64,000 nt of DNA. Origin: Camelus ferus. Lineage: Eukaryota. The notes under the pieces are model-generated. The model was not told where the DNA came from. It saw only the letters and a program-made list of their open reading frames with translations, and made no database searches. The stretch is taken from the NCBI RefSeq assembly GCF_009834535.1, contig NC_045707.1:51400001-51464000 (forward strand), given 5' to 3'. This document shows, piece after piece, positions 24,096 to 37,559 of this stretch. Position numbers and translations under genes: made by a program. Position 1 is the stretch's first letter, and each line of letters starts with the position of its first letter.

Positions 24096-26434
24096 AAATT
24101 ACTTAATAACTCCTTTATTTTTTTTGATTCCTGACTAATTTATACTTTAAATGAGGTTTATATCCATTGATTTTTTTTTTAGTATGTTTCTTATATATTA
24201 TCCAATGGCCTATTGATGCTTCTTATGGCCCATAAATGACTGATTCATGCATGTCAAGATGTCAATTTTAATAGAAGAAATGAATAGGTCAATACAACTG
24301 TCTTATTCTCCTTTAAAAATTTCAACTTCAAGAAAATAATATTATTTTAATGGGAATTTATTAACAAGAATGATAAATTATTGGTGGGTAAAACAAATAT
24401 CACTTCCATAAAGACATTATCATAAGTGGTACTTGGCCAGTGACCTGTCAAGTGAATTTAAAAATGCTATCCTTTCACAGGAAAGAAGAGAGAAACTTCT
24501 ACATGACTCAAAAAACTTCATTTGAAATATTAATAATAGGCATCAGACTTAGTAAAGATTGATAACTGGTATTATTTTTATGGGTCTGAGAAATAGCATT
24601 ATCCATGCCTAACTGTATGGTGGACTGGAATTATAAAACTCATCCATAAAAGTAAAGATTCTTAGTTATCTTCCTAAGGATCACTTCCCTCTGATGAAAG
24701 GTGAACTATACATGTGAAAGATGGAGTTGGCACTTCTCAAATACCTATTTATTTACTTTACTGCAGACTTCTGTAGTTTTAAAAATTGTTTCAGACTAAG
24801 AGTTCCATGAGCTTTGAGGGGTACATTTTTTCCTGAAATTTATTATGGATAATTTCACTATTAAATTAATATCTACAATGGTAGATACTGAGGAAAGATA
24901 GAATCTATTTCCTCTGTGAAATTACTTGAAAATATGGCTATGTATGTACATGTGTGAATGTGTATGTGTTTATACATCCATAATAATAGTGTCATCTTAT
25001 ATTAAATTACCAGTCTTGAGATATTGGTTTAGTGTATAAGGTTGTGGAAAAAAATCAAATAATCATTGGAGATAAAGTATCTCCAAAGTAATCCTGAGTT
25101 AACATTTATTTGGTCCCTACTTGAACTTAATATAGAGAAAATTAAGGACATATGATGATTAGCCTGGAGCACATAAACCTAGTAAGCATGAAAACTGAAT
25201 AGAAGTGTAAAAGACATACACATTACTGTAAATACATCTAAGGAAAAAAATGAGACGAGCTAAAATGATAGTAAAATAAAATGCCATTACCACTCCAGTG
25301 TGCATTTTTATGGCTGTGGCTCTGGAATTGTGCTGTAATTTCCTCAATGGTCCTGGCTGGCAGAATATTTGGCAGTTTTACAACATGACTGTTCAGTTTC
25401 TTTCACTGATAAACCTGTTTAAATAAAGATTCAAAGGCAGTCTGCCCACCCCTCCCCCCTTACTTTTTCAGAGTTGTCAAGGACTTTGGAGATTTTTCTT
25501 ATTCCTTCCTATGGCTCACTGAGAAATTCTTTTTTCATCTTGCCCTTTTAGATGGCCATTCACAATTTCATTAAGAAATATTATATGAAGTATCTACTCT
25601 GTGCCAGGTATTAAGTATACACCTCCTATGACTGAAGTATACCCTGTTTTGTGGTTTTGTTGTTCCAAAACCTGTTCCTTAATTTGAGAGAAGATATACT
25701 TTGAAATTTCTACCACTGGTTCTGCTGATTAACTTTCTGAAACAATACAAAATACTGCTATTTATGCAAACCTACAAATAAGAAGATGGTTAACTTTTTC
25801 TCTTTACTCTGCTGCTACACAAATTGAAATGTCTATTTTCCTAATAACACATACTTTTAAGATTATTTCAGTGACCACCTTGCCAGTATTGATGTCCTTT
25901 TTTGAAAACAATCCCAGGATTTGATAATATTGCAAATATGCTCTGTACAGAATGTAATTCAGGGGAGATGTTTCTTTTTGGTGATGGGTTTAAAATTCTC
26001 ATCAGTTTGAATAATTTGCTATTTGCTGTATTTCTTAAGGGGGACCTAATCTTAAGCTTTTGTAATGGGATACTAAGAATTTTGGGAATCACTTTCCATT
26101 CACATATGCCTCACTACTTATTTCATTTCTGTCATGTTTTGTCATGGTACCTGATATTAATAGGAATTTATATACTGGAATTTGATATTAAGACATTCAT
26201 TAATCATTATATACACATATTTTGAAACAGTTTTTGAAAGATAAATCCATATTGGGAGGGACAAAATCAATCCAAAGATATTGTGTTGGCCAAACATAAA
26301 GGGTATGAAGAGGTTCTGGCCTGGGTCACAACTTGTAAGAGGAGATGATAAAAAAGTCCCAAAAGTCTACCTTTAGGCAAAAGTGGGCAAATTACAGTAG
26401 TTTGTTGAGTGAACATGAAGGCTTAAAGATTAGC

Positions 26435-26898
26435 TGCGGTGGATTGTCTACAAAGATGGCTGCCAACAATTACTTTTATTCCTGCATATGCATAATATTC
26501 CTCCCATCTAGTGGGGGAGTCCATTTCCTCTCCTCTTGAGTGTAGGCTGACCTTGACTTCACTTGACAAAAAGAATGTGTTAGAAATGACATAGTATAAC
26601 TTATGGCCCTCGTGTTAAGAGATCTTCTATTTCCACTTTTATTTTCTGTAAACCAGCCTTTGTGTAAAGAAGTCCAGAATTTCCTGCAAGGGGGAGTTAC
26701 ATAAAGAGAGAAAACCTCTGGGGAATTAGAGATCACAAGGGAGAGAGGCTCTTGGAGAAGAACAAAGCTGCACCAGTCGGAAAACAGCACCAACCCCCCA
26801 CACCCCACCCCAACTTGATGAGTATGTGAAGCCATATTGAATAATCCAGCAATAGTAGAGCCATCCAAGCTAGCAATACATGGAGCAGAGATGAGCCA
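26435..26898 (+). mobile_element. MaLR LTR (MLT1G/H-like)
   Basis: tgcggtggattgtctacaaagatggctgccaacaatt...gagtccatttcctctcctcttgag...catggagcagagatgagcc. Confidence 0.8.
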
Positions 26899-26944
26899 CA
26901 AAGTCTTTTGCGTGTTCAACGTGCGGCGAGTGGGAAGAGGAGCA

Positions 26945-27129
26945 GAAAACTTTCATTTTTAGTTGGCCATTTTGGACCATGAGTTGTAAGACATGTTCTA
27001 GCAACAAGCTAGAATGAGTTTATCTTCCCAAAGTCAGAGCTTTATTTTAGCCCTGTGCCTCAATTAAAGAAAAAAGAATCTCTTATTTGCTTAAGCCCCT
27101 GTCAGTTTGGAATTTCTAAATCATACTAC
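26945..27129 (+). mobile_element. Old MaLR LTR 3' part (MLT1I/K-like), resuming briefly after 27580
   Basis: ttggccattttggaccatgag...ttgcttaagcccctgtcagtttggaatttc. Confidence 0.55.
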
Positions 27130-27580
27130 TGGCAAAGACTCTCTCCTAAGAAAGCTAGTTAGACTCCTCTGAGCCCTCTTTTCAGTCTTGGACTGCTGTG
27201 TCTGTTCTGTCCTTGCTGTGCTTGCACTACCCAGTTTTAGCAAGAGTTCTGCTAAGTCAGTTGAGTGAGAATCTTCCTACCCTTGATAACTGAAGACCAT
27301 TGGTATCTGATCAAGTTCCTCATCCTCCACCTTTGATGTTTAAGTCCTTGACCTGCCTTTAGCAACAATCCCCCTACTATTGATGTCTCTGTTTAATAAC
27401 TTTCAATATACTGACTCCCTCACTCCATTCCTTGATTATAAATCCATAGCTCTCTTTGCTGTATTTAGAATTGAGCCATATTTTTTCCCTGTTATGATAG
27501 TCTTGACATCAATTGCAATTGCCCTGAATCAAGTCTTTGTTACCACTTCAATAAATGTCAGAATAATTTTTTCTTTAACA
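27130..27580 (+). mobile_element. ERV1 solo LTR (MER67/MER31 group)
   Basis: tggcaaagactctctcct...ctcctctgagccctcttttc...ccagttttagcaagagttctgctaagtcagtt...gaataattttttctttaaca; TG...CA ends; flanks ctac/ctaa as a 4-bp TSD. Confidence 0.85.
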
Positions 27581-28694
27581 CTAACAAACCTAATATTTTC
27601 TGATTCAGGGGCCTTACTCAGAAAATAACTTTGAGGACCCAGTGATGATCAGGCATCTAGACTAAGTTTAGAAGAGCTTTTTTCTTTTATATCAACTGTT
27701 TCATTATCTGCATTAATGATACCCCTAAACCTATGGAACCCCATCAGTAGGAAATAGCTTTTCCTCTTACTGAGAAGTTAGGGAGAATGATGCAAGATAC
27801 AGAAGTGTCTTGACATCTGTTTTCCAATAAGTGGGTTTCTCTTTTTAAGAACTAATTGTTCAAGAAAGTATATTTTGCTTGGCTTAGTACATACTGTGGA
27901 AGTGATGAGAAAGTGGAAAACATGCAGAGAAAAATAATTTATTTCTCTCTGTATCTTAGCTCCAGAAATATCTCCTCCAAAATAATCATCATCAACCAAA
28001 AGCCAATTTGTTTGCCTTTGGCTCAAAGCTGTTTATAGAATTTCCTATACCTTTTGGGATTTCTTTTGTGTTGTCTCTCTTTTCCCTTTGGTCTTCCCAG
28101 CTTTTGATATATACAGTCTTATATCTGATCTGAGAAAAATCAAAAGCCTGGATCCTGGCCAAAATTAGCCCTGCAGGGTAGATATTTAGGAGAATTACAT
28201 GGAAATAATACTACTGGGTCAATGAAATGAAAATACAAAGTCAGTTTTAAACAAGAAGTTTCTATGTCAGTAAATATCAATATCATTGAGATGTCAGAGA
28301 TTCTGCTGGGAAATAGTTATACTTCTTAGCAGAAATTGTAGTTTTATTAGCCAGAAACATTCTATCAAGTTTTAAAGAAAGAATAAAATCATACACAACA
28401 TGTAAATATGAATATATATTATAATAGGTTAAGGGAATGATTTAGATAATCTTTTGGGCACACTAACAGATCTAATGGTAGGTACACTAATTATAGTGAG
28501 AATTAAAAGAATTCTGGAAAAGAAAAAAGTTCATTTGGAGATATACATTGAGATCAAACTCCAAGGAGGTGGTAATTGTTAGAAAAATAAAATAACTATT
28601 TTCTCATTAACAGTAAGAAAAATTAAATCTGATGAATAACTGTAGGCAAAGTTAATTATGAATGAACTTATGTTTTTAAACAACAGCTGTTTAA

Positions 28695-28795
28695 CTGTTA
28701 GGAAATCTTTGGAGAAGGGGATACAGAATATTTGGAAGATAGGAAAAATATTTCTGAATGTCTTACAGTATTAGAAAACTGGATGAAAAGTGCAT
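28695..28795 (+). mobile_element. Possible L3/CR1 LINE relic
   Basis: aatatttggaagataggaaaaatatttctgaatgtcttacagtattagaaaactgg loosely resembles the CR1 RT segment TLEDRIKIQNDLDRLERW. Confidence 0.35.
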
Positions 28796-30394
28796 GAGGC
28801 ACAGCTATGGGAGACTGCATAGCAATCTTGTAGTGAAGAATTAAGTTATGGCTGATGTTGCCTTGATAATTTATTTTGCATTGCTTTGCAATGTAATTTT
28901 AAAACTATGGCTTCCAATCATGTAAAAGAACGGGAGAATTAAAGCAGTTATCCAGGTAAAACTGTGTTTTGCTAATGTATTGCTAGCTTGAATGATTTGG
29001 CCAGTTCAAACCTCATTCTCTTTGCTTAGGTAGATAATTATTTTCCCATTATTGAGGTTAGGAATGAGAAAGACTCTCTCTCTCTTTTTTTTTTAGCTTT
29101 AAGTATACCTGATGTATGGAGAGTGGGTCTTTGTAAAATAACTATTTTTTACAACTGATTTCTAGGCAAAATGCCGTAATTCCCTGCTCCAGTGATTGTG
29201 ACATGGGAACTGCCTGTTTCATGTTATCCTGGAGGCTTTGTTCACTTCAGGGACCTTGTTGATTTCCCAGTCCCTGAGAATATGCTTTCGCAAGAATACA
29301 CTCTCTATGTTTAATTCCATTTACCTTTGTTTAACTCACCACACATATAACTCTTTCCCAAGTGGAAATGCAAAAGTGAACATCCTATGGATATATTTGA
29401 TGAAAAGAAATCCTTTAGGATGTGTACTTTTATCTTAAACAAACAAACAAACATATTAAATAGCAAAATCCCAAAGAAACAAGCAAATAGAGAATGGTAG
29501 TTTTGTGGGATGTGCTGTCATCACTAGTCAGTTCCTTTAGGAATTATAAGCTAGCAGCAAAAGTGCACTCGCTGAATACATTATAAATCATTACTTATTC
29601 CCTTTAAACAGAATCAAAGTAAGGAGAATATAACCAATGCATATCTAGTTATGATTGTTCATCATCTTCCATCTTGACCCAAATATTCATGTTAACCCTC
29701 TTACCCTAACAGAGAGGAGTCAGGAGACAGACTTTATTTCATCTGGTTCTCCTCAGATCTCATTTATTTCAATTTCATTACTGACAGGGCAACATCTGTG
29801 TTCTCTTCCCTTTTACCTTAGCTGTATAATTTGCCTTCAAAAATTATATGGAGATTTGGTTGGAGAATTTCTCAGCCTCTATCAACCTGCTCAAGGATAA
29901 AAGACTATCTCACGTATATCCAAACTATATAAATTTCTTGAAATTAGGCAAAGTATTTCCCTACATACTCTATTCTGATTAATAATTATTTTTAAAACAC
30001 CTTAGGTTGCATTAATTATATTTTCCATAAAATATAAGGGTTGTCACTCATAAGAATATCTTAAGATACTTCCCTGACAACTTTAAAAATTTTTATTTCG
30101 AAGTTACTTTAAAGTAATTTCAGAATGTTAAAGAATTTAAGAATTCCTACCAAAGGTCAACATTGTCTTCAAGTTATAAGCCTGTGTTTGCAGAGTCCAG
30201 CAGGTGGTGAGGTGTCATGCTTTAGGCCTTTGAAAGTCATGTGCTTAGCCAGAATCACCTTCCTTCACTTTGTACTCCTGGAAACTACTAAATAAACTTT
30301 AAAATTATTTCATATTCCATCCTGTTCGATCGCAAAGATAATATTGACTGTAAGAAAACTTACACAAACTTCATCATCAGATTTACCAACTTAT

Positions 30395-31410
30395 TTTATC
30401 TGTATCTCCACTTCCTTCTTTCCTATCATGTGATTAAAGTGCTCCTACATTCATTCCTTCCACCTTTGCTCTGAATCCCATTCCTTGCCATTTATTATTC
30501 CAGGATACTGCTTCTGCTGTGTCCCCAGTACTTACAGCTTCCACTCTGTTTCTGTGCTTCTCTTTATAGCAAAACTCTTCAGGAGGGTTGTCATTATAAG
30601 CTGACTCTACGTTTTCTGTTTGTATTTCTTCTTTAATCCATTCCATTCAGACTTTTGTCAGTTCACGTCATGGAAACAGGTATTTTCACTATCATTTATA
30701 AACTCTACCAAGTCAAGTGGCCATGACATCTCAAAGTAGTCAAAGCTATTTATGATATTTGACCTAGTTGATCTGTATTTGTTTTGGAACACTTTCCTCA
30801 GATGTCTTGCAGGACACTACTCCTTCACTTTTTTTCTTACTTAATTGACCACTTCTCAGTCTCTGTTGCTAGTTCCTCTTGTCTCTCCATTCCCTAAATA
30901 TTGATGTGGCTTAGGACTCTGCACTCAGGTCACTTATCGGTGTATTTATACAAACTTTATTAAGTGGTTACATCTTGCTTCATGTCTTTAAATACTGTGT
31001 ACACATTGACAGGTCTCAACTTTTTATTTCCAGCACTAACCTTTTTTGTTGAACTCCAGATTCATATATCTAATTTGATGTATTTCCATTTATATGCTTA
31101 GTTGATTTATTAAACTTAAGTTTTCCAAAATCAAACTCGTAAGTTCTACATTCCAAACTTGCTTCTCCCATGATGCTTTACCTTGGTAGATGACAATGCA
31201 AATCTACCAGCTAATCAGGCCAAAACAGTGTAGTTAGCCTTGACTCATCTCCTTCTGTAATAATCCACACCCAATCCATCAATTTTCCATTTTGCAATAC
31301 TTCAAAATAATACTTAAAATCCAAGCACTTCTCATCTCTGCTACTGTCATCCTATTCCAAGACATTGCTGTTTCTCACCTGAATTACTGCCATATCCTCC
31401 TAACTCATAC
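30395..31410 (+). mobile_element. L2 LINE (L2a-like), about 1 kb
   Basis: Pyrimidine-rich L2 body: gaactccagattcatatatctaatt...ccttgactcatctcctt...ttctcacctgaattactgc. Confidence 0.88.
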
Positions 31411-31919
31411 CTTTTCTTTTATTTGTGGCATTATAAGAATTAGATAGAAAAATAATGAAGAAAATAATGTATATATTAAGTATGGATTTATTAGATTTAA
31501 ATAGATCTAAAGTCTTTTTTTTTTTGGAAAAAGTAAAATTTGGCTTATTTTTTGCTTACACTATGCAGAAAAAGAACTCTAGAAATCCACATAAGGATCT
31601 TCTAGAGTCTTTGAGTGCTAAACTGCACATGTGAATGGTTAAGAATCCACAGGTTCATGCAAATAATGACAAATGAAGATGATCCATCATAAGGGATGGT
31701 CAAACTAAATAGTTACCAGAACTAGAACAAGGTTAAGGGAGCCTCGAATCTGGTCAATCAGAATAGAGAGATCATGTTAAGAATTCAGAAAATTCCAAAG
31801 AGCACTCAGGTCATGACAAAGAAGGACTAAATTAGACAGTTGTAAAGGAGATCTGTAGACGTGCATGTTGGGTGAATGTAGTAGGCTTTATTGTCTTCTT
31901 ATTTTTTAAGATTACTTTG

Positions 31920-33180
31920 AAAGATCATCTATAGAGCAATGTAATAGCAATCTGAATGGGGTTTGTGATGTAAGAAGCAAAATTTATGACAATGTTACCA
32001 AAAAGGATAATGTTGGAGACTGATAAGTTAAAGATGCATATTTGTCAATAGATCACCTCATACAAGGCAATTAAAAGAAAGCTAGAGATTTCTCTTGGTT
32101 TTATACCAAAAATACTCAATTAATCCAAATCATGTGAAGAAAAGAAAACAAATAACTTATGAGATAAATATAAGACTGATTGCAAGGTAGATTTAAATTC
32201 AGCTATTTCAATAATCACATTAAATATAAATTAGTTAAACACCCTAATTATAAGGCACTGATTCATAAATGTATAAAACAAAACGGTGCCCAACTGTCTA
32301 CTCTCAATAAGAAATGCATTTTAATCCTCAAGACACAGATGATCTGGAAGTAGAGAAATGGAAAAAGTTATACTTATGTTCAAACTACAATAATAAAAAA
32401 GCTGAAGTACCTATGTTAATGTCAAGCAGAGTTGACTTTAGTACAAGAAACATTACCAAAGATAAAGGTGACATTTCCCAATGCTAAGAGTAAATTAATT
32501 AAGAACCATAATAAGCCTAAATGTGTATGTACAAAAAATAAAAGGTTTAAAACACATGAGGGAAACACTGACAAACCTGAAATGAGATATAGATACATCC
32601 ACAATTGAAACTGGTAATTTCAGTACTCCTCTATCAGTAATAGAATAAGCAGACAGAAAGTCAGGAAGTAGGTAGAATACTTGAATGACACAATCAACCA
32701 ATTTAACCTAATTAGCATTTATAGAACACTGCATCCAGCAATGGCAGAATACACATTACTTTCAATTGCACATGGAACATTAATCAAGATAGAACATATG
32801 CTTCGCCATAAAAATCTCAATAAATTTAAAAGAATTGAAATCACTCAAAGTATGTTCTCTGAAACTAAAAATTAAATCAGAAATTAATAAAAATTGTATC
32901 TAGAAAGCCTTAAATATTTGGAAAGTTCACATAGTAGTTCTAAACAACTCATGGGTCAAAGAGGAAATTATAAGGAAACTAAGAAAATACTTGAAAATAA
33001 ATAAAAATAAAAACAAAACCTATTAAAATCTGTGGGTTGCAGCAAAAGCAATATTTTCAGGAAAATCTGTGCTTTACATACTTATGTTGGAAGAAAAGTT
33101 TAAGATCAGTGATCTAGGTTTCTGAGATTACAACTTAAGGAAGTAAAAAAAAAAAAAAAAATAGCTAATTTAAACCCAAA
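31920..33180 (+). mobile_element. Old L1 (L1MC/MD-like), inter-ORF plus ORF2 endonuclease region
   Basis: ORF 32681-32875 (NDTINQFNLISIYRTLHPAMAEYTLLSIAHGTLIKIEHML) is the L1 endonuclease C-terminal motif; surrounding sequence has many stops. Confidence 0.92.
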
Positions 33181-33461
33181 AGTTTGAAATGAAGATGGAG
33201 AAACTCAATGCAATAAGCAGTAATCAACTTGAATGACAACATCCAAGCTTCCTCAAATTGATAGTCACAGATGTCCAGCATATTAATTATGTGCATGTGA
33301 AATATATGCATCACTAAGCTTTTGGTGATTTTGTTTATATGTCATTTGGCTTAAAAGGTTATGGCATTGACAAATGCTAAAATGTTACAGGAAAAGCAAT
33401 GTTATTTTTATGATTCCCAAATTGCATTTTATATTTGGATTAGAAAAGTAAGTGGCATGTT

Positions 33462-34080
33462 TGTTGTCAGGTGGTGAATGGTGTTCCTCCACAAACAAGA
33501 GATGTTGAAGGGAGAGGAGAGAATGTGAGAGCAAAAACATCACAGGCCCAGAAGGAATTTTTGTGGGACTTAGCAGTGTTAGCCTGGAGAGGATAACTTT
33601 TCCACAGTCCGCTGGATACTGAAATCAGGCCCCCTGCACAGCGTGAACTCTAAAGGCCACCTGTCCAAGTCCCCAGCACCTGGACTCCTCTGAAATTACC
33701 ACATAGCCTGCTTGCAGCTGCTCCCCTTGTGTCCTGCACAGTCTAAAGGCCTCCTTGCCCTACTGGTACCCAGATTTCCACTCTATGCCCTTGCTGTTAG
33801 TTGCTGATTCTCTGCATTCCAGAGGGTGGTCTATCATTTGTCCAGGGACTCCAGAGCAGCTCTGGCCTGGCCAGGCCAAACCAGTGAACCTCTCTGCTAT
33901 TTGGTGGCTGAACCACACCTTCTCCAAGAGGCCTGATTTGTCCTTCCTTGGGTGCTCTCCCCCATGACTCCAGGAGATTTCTTATACCTCACAGTTGCTC
34001 TTTTATTATAGATAATCATTCATTATACTAAATGCCCCTTGTTGTGGAGTTTCTAGTCCCCAGTCGAACCCAGACTGCTA
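33462..34080 (+). mobile_element. Probable ancient LTR (ERVL/Gypsy-like), GC-richer island
   Basis: About 600 bp of clearly higher GC, ending ctaaatgccccttg...gtttctagtccccagtcgaacccagactgcta, an LTR-like 3' terminus. Confidence 0.45.
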
Positions 34081-34595
34081 TGGTGGATAAATAACAAAGT
34101 TCATATAGTAATTTTAGAATAGTCACTTTAAAATTATAACAATGCTTAATTTAGATTTGAGACTTCTTGAGTATGCCACAATTCTGATCCCTCTATCCTC
34201 CCAATATAATAAGACCTGTAGCCTACTTTTGTTAGAAGGGACACATTTAGCAAATAGAGAGATAGAACTATGACCACTGGTGAATATGGGACCTTAACAT
34301 TTTATGCAATACTGAGTATTTTTCTTACTTTTTATAAAGGTCATCTTTATGTGAAGCCCATTTATGTACCATCTAAGTATGTTATAAAGCTGAGATCCTT
34401 GTTTAGAATCATGAACCTGAAAAATAAAGTTTTCAGTTTTCCTAGTTGTCATTAATATCTATATGAGGAAAGATAGTTTTACTGAAAATTTATAGACTGA
34501 ATCTGACTCTGTGGGTATTTTAAAATAAAACAGAACTTACTGTTGGTATTCATTCAATGTACATGGACATAAGTATTGCAAAGCGGTGGCAAGAG

Positions 34596-34759
34596 CAGTG
34601 CTATTCAGTGTCACTTGCAAACTTGCAGCATCAGTATCACCTAGGAGCTTTATGTAAATGCAGGTTCTCATGTCCAAACCCAAACCTGGTCCCCAGCAGT
34701 TTGGGTTTTAACAAGCCCTCCAGGAGATTCTTAGGCGTGCTAACATCTAAGAAGCACTG
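34596..34759. mobile_element. MER5A/B (hAT-Charlie) MITE
   Basis: cagtgct...gcagcatcagtatcacctaggagctt...ttttaacaagccctccaggagattct...gaagcactg with TIRs. Confidence 0.9.
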
Positions 34760-37164
34760 ACTTAGAGCCTCTCAAATATGGCAATTATCTTTGTCTACTA
34801 GATTTTTACCCAAGTGGTCTGGTATGCAGAAACCTCTGAAATCCATTAGATTTCTAATAGAAAGTCAATGTAAGTTTAGTTAAATAACTCTTCTCTGTCC
34901 CTGGACTTTAAAAGAGAGGACAGGTGACTGTCAGGATACATGTGATTTTTATGCTACGAGGTTGAAATGAAATGTCCCAAGAGCAGATTTCTTTGCTCTA
35001 TCAGAAACGTGTTTAACTAAAACCCTTGTTGTTTTTACTCGTCTTTCCCCTTCTTATCCCTTCCTCTTTGACATCTCCTGTCTGTGGAGGAACACCATTC
35101 ACCACTTGACAACAAAATGCCACTTACTGTTTTAATTCAAATAGAAGATATAATCTGGGAATCATAAAAATAGCATTTCCTTTCCCCAAATATTATGATC
35201 TTCTTCAATATTAATAATCTTTTAACCCAAAAGATGTATAAACAAAAGTAGAGAAAGCTCAGTGATGCATGAATTTCACATGTTATATATTAATATGCTG
35301 GACATTTGTGATTAGTACTATGAGGAGGCTTGAGTGTTGTCAATTCAAGTTGATTCCCACTAATGTTGAAATGTCATTACTTGTCTTTAATGCTTTGAGC
35401 ATTTGGGGATCGTGTAGAAATTACATATTCTACACAAAAATCTCCCTTTAAAGTTCATTTATTTTTATGTCTAAAGCCCCTTGCTTTGATGTGTGTTTTG
35501 TTTATGCTGAGGGGATTAGTCCCATGTGCAGTAAGAGAGAGATGAGGGAAAGAGTCCAGTGTTGCCATTTCTAATCTCTTGCACTCTTGTCAGAACTAAT
35601 GTTAAAAGCTGCATTTCTCAACCTTGCAGAGGAAAACAGAAGATGTTATGTGTCTACCAGGCGCACTGAAAGTAAAGTAAATTAGTTATGCAGCAAAACT
35701 CTTTTCCAACTATAATTTCGCTGTATTGTATTACTTGAATTTGCATACTGGCAAAAGAGTGATTGTCAGTTTGTATGAAATTTTGTAGTGTTGGAGTTAA
35801 AATGGGAAAAGGGAGCCAAATTTTAATTATATGATCACTAAGGGCAGTATTTCAAAGCAGTATTTACTGATAGAACTTTTTTGTGCTCCTGCTCAACCAT
35901 AATTCATTCACCCTTTGAATAGAAAGTAGGTATGGTTGATTTCTTTGGGAAGCAGACTTTGTCATGCAACATGTTCTGCATTGTAGGGTAAATAATAATG
36001 AGGCTCTCTTTATATAAAGCCCCCTTCTTCTGAATGAGGCAAAATGGTTTATGCATAGGCTCTCCAGAGTCCTCCCAGGATCTCAGTGAGGAAAGGAACG
36101 AGTTCTGTGTACTTCTACTGCAGATACCTAGAACAGAGAACAAAATGGCAGGCAGAGCCATCAGAAAAAAAGCAGCTGATTTTCTTGAATCCAGGTCTGA
36201 TATACTGTTCATGTTATTTCTAGTTGTCTGTTAATGTGAGGGACATGTGCATTAAATTGGAAAGTTATAAAATAAATTATATTTGTTGTGTGAATAGAAC
36301 TAAGAATGTTTCTATTCTAGGAAATGAGCTAAAAATTAATCTCACCGTTATTGGGTCTTTCTGATAAAAAAAAATTGGCTTCCTTTGTGAAGCTACATTG
36401 TTCAGAAATTAACTCCATGAAGTGAATTTTTGAAGAAACTAAATAATAGCAAAACACCAAAACCATATTTATAACAAAGTCATATGAAACAGTAAAGGGA
36501 ATATGCAGTTAGAACTGTTTTTAGATTATAGTGAAACAAAATAGGCAGCAAGATAACTATCTGGTGACTAGTTAATACGCAGTTGTACTCTACCTTATGT
36601 AGTTTGATATCTTGAAAACGAATTGATTTTTCTAATTTAATAATATTTTCCAATTATGGCAGTTCTTTTCAGATGTCTTATATTTGAGTGATTAGGAATT
36701 GGCCTCATAGTTTTGTAAATTAGTTGAAGTTTTCTACTATAAACATTTTTGACTAGTTATTGATTTAGAAATAAACACTTGTTTTGCTGTAATGATTCTG
36801 TGGTTCACCTGTGATTTATGCTTTAATAATGTTTATTAGCTTTGAAATACAGAAAAATATGAAAGCAAAAGCACCTCATGATGCCTTGTCCAGATAACAT
36901 CATTAAAAAAAAAAACAATGCATTTACATGAGTAAAAATTCAAAACGCTTTAATGTGAGAGATGATACCCTCTCTTGAAAACAAAACCACAATGAAAAGT
37001 TTCTTAGGTATTATTCCAAGATTTTCTTTTTCTATGTTTATATACTGCCAGTGTCTACAATATCACACCTATTTTTACAACAAAGAAATATATTATACTC
37101 ATCATTCTGCATATGCTTTTCAATTTTAAGGTATCACAGAGATCTATCTAGTTCTCTTTGTCAG

Positions 37165-37545
37165 GAGGAAAATGCACCCATTTTAAGTGCATAATTATAC
37201 GAGTCTTGACAGATGAATACACTTGTGTAATCATAACAACAGTCAAACATTTCCATCACCCTGAAAATTCCCTCACAACTGTTGTTCATCCATCCCTTCC
37301 CCAACTCAGGCACTGCTGTGAGTCCTGCCACTACAGACTCATTTCCTTCTCTAAGCTTTCAAATAAGGGGGGTTATACTCTATGTCCTCTTTTGAGTCTG
37401 AGTTCTTTAGTTTAACATAAGGTTTTTATAATTCATTTATTTGGTTGCATGTATCAGTAATTCAAATCTTTTTTTCTTTCTTTTCTTTTTTTCCCCCGAG
37501 TAGTAGTCTATTGTATGGATATGTCACAATTTGTTAATGTTCTTC
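37165..37545 (-). mobile_element. Old L1 3' UTR (L1MC/MD-like)
   Basis: aaaatgcacccattttaagtg...aacatttccatcaccctgaaaattccctca...gagtagtagtctattgtatggatatgtcacaatttg. Confidence 0.85.
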
Positions 37546-37559
37546 AGGTATTCTATATT

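Noticed and set aside
26476..26919. Longest ORF (147 aa, minus strand)
   Set aside because: Antisense to an MLT1 LTR with no recognisable domain; a chance ORF.
36000..36200. Palindromic TATA-like ctttatataaag and a downstream exon-like segment
   Set aside because: Weak donor (gtctga), no CpG island or other promoter evidence; expected in AT-rich DNA.
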